NCBI GenBank assembly: GCA_951406725.2
Contig: OX597831.1
Location: forward strand, 44,578,001 to 44,642,000
DNA: 64,000 nt
Reading direction: 5' to 3'
Source of the DNA: Octopus vulgaris
Taxonomy: Eukaryota
A model generated the notes under the pieces. It was given only the letters and a program-made list of their open reading frames with translations, was not told the origin of the DNA and made no database searches. The translations under genes and the position numbers were made by a program. Position 1 is the stretch's first letter. Every line of letters begins with the position of its first letter. Positions 27,095 to 39,443 of this stretch are shown piece by piece.

Positions 27095-29150
27095 ATCTAT
27101 ACATATATGAAGTTTTAAATCTCTATGTGTTTCCTTATCCCACTCTCACAATTTCTCAATTCATTTCTATTTTCCTAAATTAAACTTGTTCTGTGTGTGT
27201 GTAAAACAAGAATAGGGATTCAAAGAATCAAATAGCACCCACAGTAAACTCTCCACCTGGTGTTCAGCTATCAGAAAAGATAATTTTGAAACTAAGATTA
27301 TAATGTTGTAGATGCATAATAATTAATTTAACTTCTCAATTTTTATTAGTTTGACCTGAATTTTTTTCAATGTTCTTTAATTTTGAATGCATAATTGTCA
27401 AATTACTAATTCTTGACAATTTTTGTTGTTGTTTTTTTTGTTTGATATATAATGAGCCAACCATAGCATTGTGAGTAGATTTGGCAGATGGAAACTGAAA
27501 GAAGCCTGTTGTGTGTGCATGTATATGCATGCATGATCATTTACCCTTGTATTGACATCATGTGATGGTTGTAAATGAGCATCGCTGTTGTATAAATGAT
27601 GTTTGTTTCCATTCTTTCATGGAAAACATATCTGGCCACAGGCAAATATTACTTTGCTTGGAAACAGGCAAAGGTTGGTGCAGGAAGGGCAACTGGCCAT
27701 AGAAAATTTGCATCAACGAAATTCTGTCTAACCCATGCAAGCATGGAAAAGTGGACATTAAACTAATGATGATGATAATACTGAATGTTAAAACAGTCTG
27801 CCTTAAGAAATTCATAGTATCAGGAAATTCTTCAAAACCTGCACCATTCCTGATACATAATTTGGATTCAATAATTGACTGATTATTAACTAATTGATTG
27901 ATGGATGACACAAGCATGGCTGTGTGGTTAAGAAGCTTGCTTCCCAACATTGTGATTCTTGAGTTCAATCCCACTGCATGGATGCTTGGACAAGTGTCTT
28001 ATTCTATATCCCTGGATGACCAAGGGCTTGTGAGTGCATTTGGTAGACAGAAACTTTATGCATGAGTCTGTATTTGTTTTTGTCCCTCACCGCCACTTGA
28101 CCACCAAATTTAGTTTGCTTACATCACCAAAATCTATCGCTTTGGCAAAAGGCATTAACGGAAGGCGGCGAGCTAGCAGAAATGTTAACATGCTGGGTGA
28201 AATTGCTTAGCAGTATTTCATCTGGCTTTACGTTCTGAGTTCAAATTCTGCCATGGTCAACTTTGCTTTTTATCCTTTTGGGTTGATAAATTAACTGAGG
28301 TCAATCTAATCGACTGGCCCCTTCCCCAAAAATTTCGGGCCTTGTGCCTAGAGTAGAAAAGGAAAAAAAGGCACTAATAGAAAAAGTAACAGGCTTTAAA
28401 ATAAGCGCTTTGAAGCTGAACTCCAACAATGATTTATCTTTGAAAATATTAACATTGATCAATTCAATTATTATTGACAGAGATCATGGCAGAATAGTTA
28501 GCATGCTGGGCAAAATGCTTAGCAGCATTTCATCCATCTATATGTTCTGAGTTCAAATTCCACTAAGGTCAACTTTGCCTTTCATCCTTTTGGAGTCAAT
28601 AAAATAAGCGCCAATTAAGCACTGGGGTTGATATAATCGACAAACCCCCTTCCCCCAAATTGCTGGCCTTGTGCCAAAATTTGAAATGATTATTAACAGT
28701 GATCGCTCTGAATGTCTCAATTTCATTTTCTCCTCTAGTTCGCCTAAACTGATGCCTATTCACCATTAACATGTATACACGCTTGAATGAACAAGATGAC
28801 ATTGAGAGACAGTTAGTCAGACAATACTTTCTTTTATAGCATCATCAGATACTTTTATCAGCCAGTGATTGCTTTTTCCTCCCGAATTCTCAATTCCCTA
28901 TTCCCTTTACCCTGATACCTTGGCATATCAACAATCCTTCCCACTTAGTAATGTATTAACTCTAGCTTACCCTTCTTATTTTTTCCACACTACTTCTGTC
29001 ACTCTAACATTTATTTCCTTTTTCTCAAGCTTATTGTATTCCTTCAGTTCATCTCTTCAAATTTATCGCTCTTACTAATTTTGGGTTTCTTTCTATTACT
29101 ATTGTTATTTTCACTTATATAGTGTTGTTGTGATTATTATTATCATTGCA

Positions 29151-29455
29151 TGAAGGCGCATGGCTCAGTGGTTAGAACGTCGAGCTTACAATCACGAGGT
29201 TGTGAGGTTGAATCCCGGACCGGGCTGTGTGTTGTGTTCTTGAGCAAGACACTTTATTTCACATTGCTCCAGTTCACTCAGCTGTAGAAATGAGTTGTGA
29301 CGTCACAGGAACCAAGCTGTATCGGCCTTTGTCTTTTCCTTGGATAACACTGGTGGCGTGGAGAGGGGAGGCCGGTATGCATGGGCGACTGCTTATCTTC
29401 CATAAACAACCTTGCCCAGACAATCCCAAGGTCATTCATGACCGAAGGGGGTCTC
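29151..29455 (+). mobile_element. tRNA-derived SINE family C. Others ~15605-15941-, 32941-33180+; related heads at 22678-23053+ and 50516-50820+
   Basis: tggctcagtggttaga A-box, ggttgaatccc B-box, gttgtgttcttgagcaagacactt core. Confidence 0.85.
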
Positions 29456-30237
29456 AGCATATATATATATATATATATATATAGTGAAGGCACATGGCTC
29501 AGTGGTTAGAGCATTGAGCTTACGATCTTGAGGTTGTCAGCTCGAATCCCAGACCGGGCTGCATGTTGTGTTCTTGACGGAAACTGAAAGAAGCCTGTTG
29601 TATGTATATATATATATGTGTTTGTGTGTCTGTGTTTGCCCCCCAACATCGCTTAGCAACCGATGCTGGTGTGTTTACGTCCCCCATAACTTAGCGGTTT
29701 GGCAAAAGAGACCGATAGAATAAGTACTAGGCTTCCAAAGAATAAGTCCTGGGGTCGATGTGCTCAACTAAAGTCGGTGCTCCGGCATGGCCACAGTCAA
29801 TTGACTGAAGCAAGTGAAAGAATAAATACATAGAGTATCTGGATTAAGCATGAATTCTAAGATGGATTCAGATTACTCTTCTTTAATTCTGTTACTAGTT
29901 CTGTATCTTCGTTTCTTTCTGACTACATGACTACACTTCATACTCTGAATTTTTTCATCACAATTTGACACAATGTCTTCATCCTCCTCTTTCTTCTTGT
30001 TTAATTGGCAAACATTGCATGTTTGAATATCTTCTGTTATTACTTATGTTTCACTGTCTTTTTCTTTTTTTTTTTTCATCCAGCTAATATTCTTCATTTA
30101 TTCATTTTTGATCGTTAATACTAAATGCACGTTCTGTTAATGACTGCTTTGTAATATTTCATCTTATAACTGTCTGCTTTAAATTTTACATTTTCAATTG
30201 TTGCATGCTTCGCCGAAGAATTAATATTTCATTGCTT

Positions 30238-30938
30238 GGCATACCTACATGCATGTGCCTCCCCAACTTTGTTTCCTCATAACCTTCAGAAAAATCGATA
30301 TTCTTTAATGAAATTTTTACAAATATGCTTCAGATGGTGTAGATTCCAATTATACCAGAAGTTATTGTGAAAAATCTTTTATGTGAGTGTGGAGTGTAGT
30401 TTCAGAAAATTCACATGAGGTGGATTTGTTTATATATCAATTTTAGGAAAATGGATATTTTTTTAAAGAAATTTTATACAAATACCTTTTAGAATGTGTA
30501 GATTATAATTATACTGGAATTTAAAATGGAAAAAAAATGAAAGGAAAAGAAAATGTTGGGCTTACACACACACATTCTGACACACAACATAAATATTTAC
30601 ATGAAACTTGAAATTTGGAAAAAAATTGTGTGTGTTTGTATGTATGTGTGCATGCTCATCATTTTCTTTTCACATCAAATTCTGATATAATTTACACACT
30701 AGAAAATTCTCTTTAAAAATATTCAGTTTTCTAAAAGTTATGAGATAACAAATCTGATTCTTGAATTTTCTTAAACTCCTCTCCTCATCCACCAAGAAAC
30801 TTTTTTTCAACAAATCCTGATATAATCGGAATCTACACCATCTGAAGCTTATTTGTAGAAAATTTCATTAAAAAATATCTATTTTTCTGGAAGTTATGAG
30901 GAAAAAATATTGGTGGGGCACATTTGTGTAGGTATGCC
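30238..30938. mobile_element. Non-autonomous DNA transposon with long TIRs and an 8-bp TSD (Merlin-like)
   Basis: GGCATACCTACA...TGTAGGTATGCC termini; inverted homology >120 bp; perfect TSD cattgctt at 30230-30237 and 30939-30946. Confidence 0.85.
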
Positions 30939-31554
30939 CATTGCTTTAACATAAGTAATACTAACATTACATTGCTATTAAATATCTACATATTGGCTTG
31001 CTTTGTTTTACTTTCATTTTGTATTTAACAATATTTGATTATATAACTGCATGTTATATATAAACAAATAATACACTTCTTTTGTTTGGTTTGCATCAAA
31101 AGGGTAACAATAATTGAGATGGGCTCAATTTTTCACTACACATAAGCATTTATAGAATAACAGTATTTACAATGATGTCGTGTTTAGTAACAAATACTGT
31201 GTTAAAAATGCACCAAAGTGTGTGTGTTTGTGTATATTAAAAAAATTTATTGGCAGTATTTAGGCAGTAATTCTTCATTGCTTTATAAATGCACATTCTT
31301 TTAACAAAATTGCACTTCATCTTCTGGCTTTAATTTATATTTTCTACGACTGATGTTAAAGATATATATATATATATATATATAATAGCATTTAACAACT
31401 GTTCTCCATGCAGGGGTGGGTTGGACAGTTTAACAAGACAGGCTGTGTCTAGCTCTACTGTCTGCTTTTGTTATTGTGTATTGCTTGGGAACATGTAAGG
31501 ATTGGTGAATAGGAAAGGTGTCTGGTCATAGAAAATCTGCCTGCAAACGCTCAC

Positions 31555-31866
31555 AGACTTTGGATATAAGACTTTACCACATCTTTCACACACTGACAAC
31601 CACTTTTTGAAGCATCTAGACACTTTTTTTAAGGCAAAAAAACCATCTGTTCCAAAACCGAGGTCAAAACTGAATTCAAGGATTTATTGGCATCAAAACC
31701 TTTGGATTTTTATTGAAGAAGCATAAATGACCTTGTTAATCAATGGGAGAAATGCATAACAATTCAGGGATCACATTTTGAATAATTAAACCTTTGAATA
31801 AGTTCAGTTTTTGAAGAATATAGGCTTATTTTTAAAACTGGCCATTATTTTCTGAACAACCTAATA
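31555..31866 (+). pseudogene. Degenerate mariner 3' end with TIR
   Basis: Decayed DNHFLKHLD...WEKCI..QGSHFE*, followed by ttttctgaacaacctaata. Confidence 0.65.
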
Positions 31867-31954
31867 TAAATCTGTTTTTAATGTCCTTGTTTTATATTAA
31901 ATATGACTATTGAATTTCATTTTTCATAAATATTTTATTTTCCTTTACCTCCAG

Positions 31955-31965
31955 ATGATCCATAA
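31955..31965 (+). CDS. Probable last coding exon of the PSTPIP-like gene (DDP*); exon runs to 31986
   Basis: tcctttacctccag acceptor, in-frame TAA at 31963-31965, cag|gtaaaa donor at 31987. Confidence 0.6.
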
Positions 31966-32390
31966 TTGGATGTGAATGTTCACCAGGTAAAATATTTTGA
32001 TTTATTATTCTGTTATTCTTTTACTTGTTTCAGTCATCTGACTGCGGCCATGTTAGAGCACTGACTTGAAGGGTTTTTTAGTCAAGAAAATTGACCCCAG
32101 GACTTATTTTTAAAAACCTGGTAGTTATTCTATTGGCCTCTTTCGCTGAACCACTAAGTTACAGGGATGTAGACATACCAACACCAGTTGTCGAGTGGTG
32201 ATGGGGGGTAAAAACACTGACGCAAAGACACACACATGTAGATATATACGTATCAACAACTATTGAAGAGGTTGCAAGAAGCAACGAAAATTTTAGAAAA
32301 GAAAATGAAATAAATAGGTAAATGAGTGAAAATTGAACCAGTTAGTATGTTACTTAATAAGGCATTAAAACAGAATGACTCTCCTTCGAC

Positions 32391-32453
<63 letters not shown>

Positions 32454-32459
32454 AAATAG

Positions 32460-32938
32460 ATGAACATCAATGGAATTTGTATTTTTGTGGTACCAGTGCC
32501 GGCGGCACACAAGAAAACCATCCGAATGTGGCCGTAGCCAATACTGCATCGACTGGCCTCCGTGCTGTGGGCACGTAACAAACACCGTCCGATCGTGGCT
32601 GTTCGCCAGCCTCATCTGGCACCTGTGTCGGTGGCACATAAAAAAACACCATCCGAGCTTGGCCGTCTGCCAGCCTCGTCTGGCACCTGTGTCGGTAGCA
32701 CATAAAAAACACCATCCGAGCATGGCCGTTCGCCAGCCTCGTCTGGCACCTGTGTCGGTGGCACATAAAATCACCCACTACACTCTCGGAGTGGTTGGCG
32801 TTAAGAAGGGCATCCAGCTGTAGAAACACTGCCAGATCTGACTGGCCTGGTGCAGCCTTCGGGCTCCCCAGACCCCAGTTGAACCGTCCAACCCATGCTA
32901 GCATGGAAAGCGGACGTTAAATGATGATGATGATGATG
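32460..32938 (+). mobile_element. (GAT)n-tailed non-autonomous retroelement with internal ~60-bp tandem units. Others ~2864-3500-, 14920-15328+, 44740-44990-, 51632-52130-
   Basis: ggttggcgttaagaagggcatccagctgtagaaac...gcatggaaagcggacgttaaatgatgatg; repeated gcacataaaaaacaccatccgag units. Confidence 0.8.
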
Positions 32939-33531
32939 TGTGAAGGTGCATGGCTCAGTGGTTAGAGCGTTGAGCTTACAATCATGCGGTTGTGAGCTCG
33001 AATCCCGGACCGGGCTGCATGTTGTGTTCTTGAGCAAGACACTTTATTTCACGTTGCTCCAGTTCACTCAGCTGTAGAAATGAGTTGCAACGTCACAGGT
33101 GCCAAGCTGTATCCGCTGTTGCCTTACCCTTGGATAACACTGGTGGCGTGGAGAGGGGAGGCCGGTATGTGTGGTTGACTGTTGTGGCACCACCTTGAAC
33201 AGCTTTAGTCGAGCAAATCGATCTTAGTTCTTATTTTTAAGTCAAGTACTTATTCTATCAGGTACTTTTTGCTGAACTGCAAAGTTATGGAGAATGTAAA
33301 CAAACCAACATTATTTATTATGTAGTGGGGGGTGGGATGAAAAATTAAAAAAAACATCATGGCTGTGTGGTAAGTAGCTTGCTTACCAACCACATGGTTC
33401 CAGGTTCAGTCACACTGTGTGACACCTTGGGCAAGTGTCTTCTACTTATAGCCTCAGGCTGACCAAAGCCTTGTGAGTGGATATGGTAGACAGAAACTGA
33501 AAGAAGCCCATCATATATATGTATATGTATG

Positions 33532-33592
<61 letters not shown>

Positions 33593-33898
33593 ATGTGTCT
33601 GTGTTTGTCCCCCCAACATCGCTTGACAACAGATGCTGGTGTGTTTACAGCCCTGTAAATTAGTGGTTCGGCAAAAAGAGACCAATAGAATAAGTATTAG
33701 GCTTACAAAGAATAAATCCTGGGGCCGATTTGCTTGACTAAAAGCGGTACTCCAGCATAGCCACAGTCTCAAATAACTGAAACAAGTAAAAGAGTAAATG
33801 TATTAATTCAATTTACCATCCATATTATTTCATGTTCTGTCAAACTTCTTGAATTCTTATAACGCAAAATGAATAATTTTTTTTTCTTTTCTTTCCAG

Positions 33899-34440
33899 AC
33901 CATTAAATGGAAGTTTGCGGTCATGTAATAGCAGTGGATGCTTGAGAATTCTTTATGTGATATACTGATATATTTGTCCATGAAGATAGCTTGCATTTTG
34001 TCAAGTCTTCTATTTTTAACTTGAATACTTTTTAAACTTTGAAATCAGGATTAACTTTTGTGAAGTGTGCAATGAGAATCATTTTTATCATTCCCATCAT
34101 TTGTGAAGCATCAGATCAATGTTGCCATCATTAGACAGGATGAACCTATCATTATTCCATTATTTCATTTATAGATCCTTACTTACTATCCTAGAAATCA
34201 AAAAATATATTGTTACCAAACATGACTCATCAGTGACAATCTATTAAAATAATTATCTCTTGGGTTTAATTTTAATTTTTATTATTATTTTTTTTTGCAT
34301 CTAATTCCTGATTTTTTTTTTTTTTTTGAGGGTTTTTAATAATTTTGCAATGTTGGGAAATTTTGTTTTGTTTTTATATTTGTTTGCATTTAATTCAATT
34401 TTTCCGTTGTAAATAAAAACGTGACTACTGTTGTATCAGG
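33899..34440 (+). other. Probable terminal 3'-UTR exon of the PSTPIP-like gene
   Basis: Strong acceptor (long T-rich tract ending ctttccag, AG at 33897-33898); U-rich, TE-free sequence; AATAAA near 34412; 3' end uncertain. Confidence 0.5.
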
Positions 34441-37400
34441 GTTAATACAATTAATCCTACTGTGTTTATATTTTCACAGATTCTGTAGGAAATAATCTCC
34501 ATGACTAACATCAACTTCTTCACTTAACATATTAGAATATTTGTTGTGCATATTGACATAAAAACAGAACAAAACATAATGAGCTAAATATTTCTTAATG
34601 TTTATTATTGCCAATTCAGCTGAACAAAGCAAACATCACTATTCATTAGTGTGAGAAGGCAATCATTTCTCTCTATTTTAAAATGCTTCCATTAAATCTC
34701 TTCTAACACTAAACTCGACTAAATGTTATTCTCTACAGAGGAAAAAAGACATGTAGGAACAATTTTTTTTTAAAAAAAAGTCTTTTAGCCAGCAATTAAG
34801 TTGTTGATAACTAGCATAGTGTGGTAGAACACCAATATCAAACAGTATGCTATCCTTGTTTTGAAGTATGGAAGGAGTGGGGAAGGAGACATGGAGTGGT
34901 GGGGGGGTACATTGTCATATATAAATAGTATGAAGATTGGTTGCTGTGTTGTTGTTGTTGTGTTTTTTTTGTCCTTTTCCTGTTCCTGTCGATTGTTGTT
35001 ACTGCAGTCAATAGTATCATATTATAGTGGTAATATAGTTAGTTATGTTAAGTAAAAGAAAAGAAAAAAAAAAGGAGGTGATGGAATGTTTTTTTTGTTT
35101 ATTGGTATTAATTCCGTTTGTGTATAAATTAATTCTGTTCTAAACCACTTTGGGAATCAAAGTCCTGGCTTTCTTACATTTCTCTTGATTTGCTTTTGTC
35201 TTGAAAGGAAAGCTTTCATGCTTGTTATATTGGAGTAAGACAAACATCACTTGAAGGATCATTTTCATTAGCATGTATTTCAAATTTGGACTGTTGTTGC
35301 TGGCAACTCATCCTGAACAAAAGAACTCTGGCACTAGTTCTTGTTAGTTGTGGGTGAAGGGGACAAACTACTGTTGTTTCCTTCCTGTTGGTCTTCATGC
35401 TGATAAAAGTTGCTCTGCCTTCAGAAACTCAATAACGTTTGTGGAGTCCTTAACAGTTGGGGAACAAATAGTTTGTCTTCTTTCTGGTAGGAATGAGTCA
35501 GATTCTTTGCTGGTTTGTGTCTGTAGCAGAAGACATCATAAAACATAGACATTCCCAAACATATCCAGTCACTCCTAGTCCTTGAAATGGAAAGTGTATA
35601 TTTTTAACAAAATACTGAAGTTATTAGACCGTCCTATTAACACTTCCATATTAATGTCCATATATAAAAATGCTGGAATTCATTATAATAATTCAGAATG
35701 TTGGCATGACCCAGGCAAGTCCTAGTCTATTGTTTGAAAATATATTCAAAAGAGAAAAACAAAAACAAAAAAAAACTAAAAATATACAAAAATTGAGACA
35801 TAGACCCTTATTTTTATGAAGACGTAATATAAGAAAGTTGTTTATAAATACCAAATGATAATATTCTGTTAACTTGTTCCTCATCTCACTATTATCTCTG
35901 TATCATCACCATCAGTTAATTTTTGTTATTCTAGTTGCTTTTGTGTATTCATAATACTGGTTCCAGATAATCATTTTGTGAAAGTCATTTTACAAATCAT
36001 AACACGTGTGGTTGATTATATGACAACATTGCATATAGCTTTGTAACACAGTGTCTACCATTTATAAATTGTTTCTCATCAATTATTTTATTCTTCCACT
36101 ACCAATTATTCTGGTTCACCTGTCTCTAAGGTATGAGACGCTTTGGCACAGCTGTTTTGGTGTTGCTTATTTGGCATCACTGATTTGATGCTGACTTATT
36201 TGACATCAGACATCAGACGTTCTCTCTTTCTGTCTCCCCCTCTCTCTCTCCCTGTTTATGTGTATGACCATCTAGTTATGTTTATATGTGTAATATCTTT
36301 CTTTTCCTCTTTCCCTCTCTCTTTCTCTCTCTCTCTGTCTATAAGGAGAGACTACATGTTTATGTCAATCATATTCAATTAATAAATTATGATGTCTCTT
36401 CCGGCCTCTCTCTCTCTCTCCATCTATCTCATACTTTCCATTTCTATGTGTATGTTTCTATATGCACATATGTATGTTTGACTCCCAGCTCCAAAATGTC
36501 CAGTTGCCAAAACAAGCTGAATGTCCACCAGGTCGTCTCATTCCACCTGTCTCTTTCTTCTTAATGTTGTTACAACTGTTCTGTATATCATTTCTCCAAT
36601 TACTGACATAGAAACATATAAATCCATAAATATACATTTTAATGACAACTACAACAACAGCAACAAAATGAAAAAAAAGAAATGGAACTTAAGACAGCAT
36701 AAAATGGTAATTCTGCTTATTACTGTTATAACCGAAAAACTATCAATGCATGAGTAAAAAAAAAACTCATATAACAGTATATTGAATTATACTGAAACTA
36801 AAATTATACTTATATTAAAACCAACTATACTGAAAAATACTGGTGTGGATTTCAAAATATCTCACTAAAATTATGAAATGAGAGGGTTAATGTTGTATTG
36901 AGAGTATTCCTATATCAAAACAACATTATACAGTTGAGTAACATGAGTGTATATGAAATTACACATGTTATTGTTTGGGGTTGTTTTGGTTTTTCTTAAA
37001 AAAGCAAAAGAAAATTCCTTTTAGACTCAGTCTTATTTTTTAAACCAAATATTTTCAGACAGTTCTGTTTACTGCTAAATAGTAGGCAACTGAAGCAGGA
37101 GTACACTGCGTCTTTTACATTCTATGTGGGCTTTCACAATTGCTGCTTGAAATATATATTCAAGACATTTCGACGAAGAATTTGGGGTTTCTAATATTAC
37201 CCACCCTGCAACAAAAAAAAAAAGAAGAACCCTTATTTTAAAAAGTGAATTGGTGCTGGAAAAAAACCATTGCTCAAACTAAACTAGTTTGACTAATCTA
37301 AGAAATAAATTGTTCCTGTCATTTTTTTTTTTTTATATATATAACACTGCAAATATTTTATGGCGGCAAACAACATTTGCATTTCTTTAGTTGATTTAGT

Positions 37401-37567
37401 TGTTTTATTGTCCAGTATAACCCCCTACTTACACCCACCTCTCTCACCATATACATATATATATACAAGCACACACACATACATATGAATGTGTGTGTAT
37501 GTATGTGTATATATATATATATGAGCCTATGTGTATGAGTATATACTCACACACACATATGTATTCA

Positions 37568-37603
<36 letters not shown>

Positions 37604-38271
37604 GTTTCTTTTTTTCTCTCCCTAAATTACCTTCCTTGTGATTTTCTCTTTGGTTATAGAGAAGGAACAAAAAGAAAATATAAACAGCAAAATATGGATA
37701 ACATACAAAAAAAAAAAATGTCTATTTCGAATTTGAGGAAGAGATTCAGGGCACAATCAAACGTTTATTGCTTCACATAATAAAGTTACTAACAGAAGTT
37801 TACCACATCCTCATCCTTCCAAATGATCTCAAAACCCATTTTTATCATCTGGTCTCCTGACAGAAGCCTGTTTTGTCCCCGGACTATCAAATCTATTGCA
37901 TAAGCTGTTTACTTAACGTTTAATAGCTCTTTCTGTCCACATAAACAACTCCCCTATATCTTCCTCAACATTATATATATATATATAAAGCAAATAAGAG
38001 CTATGCAATAAATTAGTTTCAAAAATTATCTTCTGTTCTTCTTCCATTTGTTGTTATTGTTTTTTGTTCTTCTTTTTTTAAGCAGGCATCACATTTTGGT
38101 TTGTTTTTATCTTTCGGATATTCAACAGGAGTGATTTTAACTAACAAAAACGTTTCTGTTTATAAATAGGATTAAGAATACAGCTTTTCTTTCTCTCTTA
38201 CTCTTTATTTGTTTTCTTTCTTTCTATGTATGTATGTTTGTTCTCTTTTATTTTTAATTATGTGAAGCCTT

Positions 38272-38613
38272 ACTGGAAGGAAGGAGCTGGTTTCTGACAA
38301 AGATACAAAGCTCCATACTTGGAATATAGATATTAAAAGCAATGTCATATTGAGAACTTGAGAAAAGTCTTGGACATTTTTAGCATTCCACTGACAGATT
38401 ATACGAAGAGGTATCAAAAAGTTCCAGGACTAGTTATCATCATCATCACTGGAAGGAAGGAGCTGGTTTCTGACAAAGATACAAAGCTCCATACTTGGAA
38501 TATAGATAGTAAAAGCAATGTCACGTTGAGAACTTGAGAAAAGTCTTGGACATTTTTAGCATTCCACTGACAGATTATACGAAGTGGTATCAAAAAGTTC
38601 CAGGACTAGTTAT
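38272..38613 (+). repeat. Near-identical tandem duplication (period ~177 bp)
   Basis: actggaaggaaggagctggtttctgacaaag...aaaagttccaggactagttat present twice, separated by catcatcatc. Confidence 0.92.
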
Positions 38614-39443
38614 GTTTAATAAAAAATAGCTTATTTACTCTTTTACTTGTTTCAGTCATGTGACTGTGGCCATGCGGGAGCACTGCCTTTAGTTGAGCAA
38701 ATTGACCCCAGGACTTATTCTTTGTAAGCCTAGTACTTATTCTATTGGTCTCTTTTGCCGAATCACTAAGTTACGGGGACGTAAACACACCAGCATCAGT
38801 TGTCAAGCGATGTTGGGGGGACAAACACAGACACACATACATATACACACACATATCTATACATATATACGACGGGCTTCTTTCAGTTTCCGTCTACCAA
38901 ATCTACTCGCAAGGCTTTGGTCGGCCTGAGGCTATAGTAGAAGAAGATGCCATGCAGTGGGACTGAACCCGGAACCATGTGGTTCATAAGCAAGCTACTT
39001 ACCACACAGCCATTCCTAAATGAATTTTCTCCACACTTCCAGGGGTGATGCTCATGGCATATCTTCCAGATCACTCATTGTCTTCCAGGGATGTTCTGTT
39101 TTGTTTTTGAAGCACCTGTGCCACTCAAAATATTGCATATGACCCATTACCTTGTTGCTATAAGCTTGCTGAAGCATGCTCAATGGCTCTGCAGCAGGCT
39201 TCTCAAGTTTAATGCAAAATTTCACATTGGCTCCTTGTTCCAACTTCCTGTCCATGACAAAAATCGCAGAACATGCGATCACGAAAACACAAATTTCACA
39301 ACTTGTAAAGTAAACACAGTGATATAACTTGGCACATAACACCATGAAGGTCAATGCTAGCTCTCACTGCACACGCAACCATGAGCTGCCATCAGTTAGT
39401 GCACTACAGAAGTAGTTAGGGAACTTTTTGATACCACCTCATA
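38402..39443 (-). mobile_element. Deleted mariner element with N-terminal transposase remnant, SINE insertion (38635-39017) and duplicated left end
   Basis: TIR tacgaag.ggtatcaaaaagttcc / ggaactttttgataccacctcata; EQGANVKFCIKLEK...MLQQAY...FEWHRCFK. Confidence 0.8.

Noticed and set aside
29151-29225. tRNA-like sequences with A and B boxes (also 22678, 26667, 32941)
   Set aside because: They run into SINE bodies and lack a proper acceptor stem; SINE heads, not tRNA genes
32500-32790. Regular ~60-bp units (also ~24-bp units at 16815-16980) that superficially resemble a CRISPR array
   Set aside because: Whole units are mutually similar with no unique spacers or cas genes; internal minisatellite of a eukaryotic retroelement
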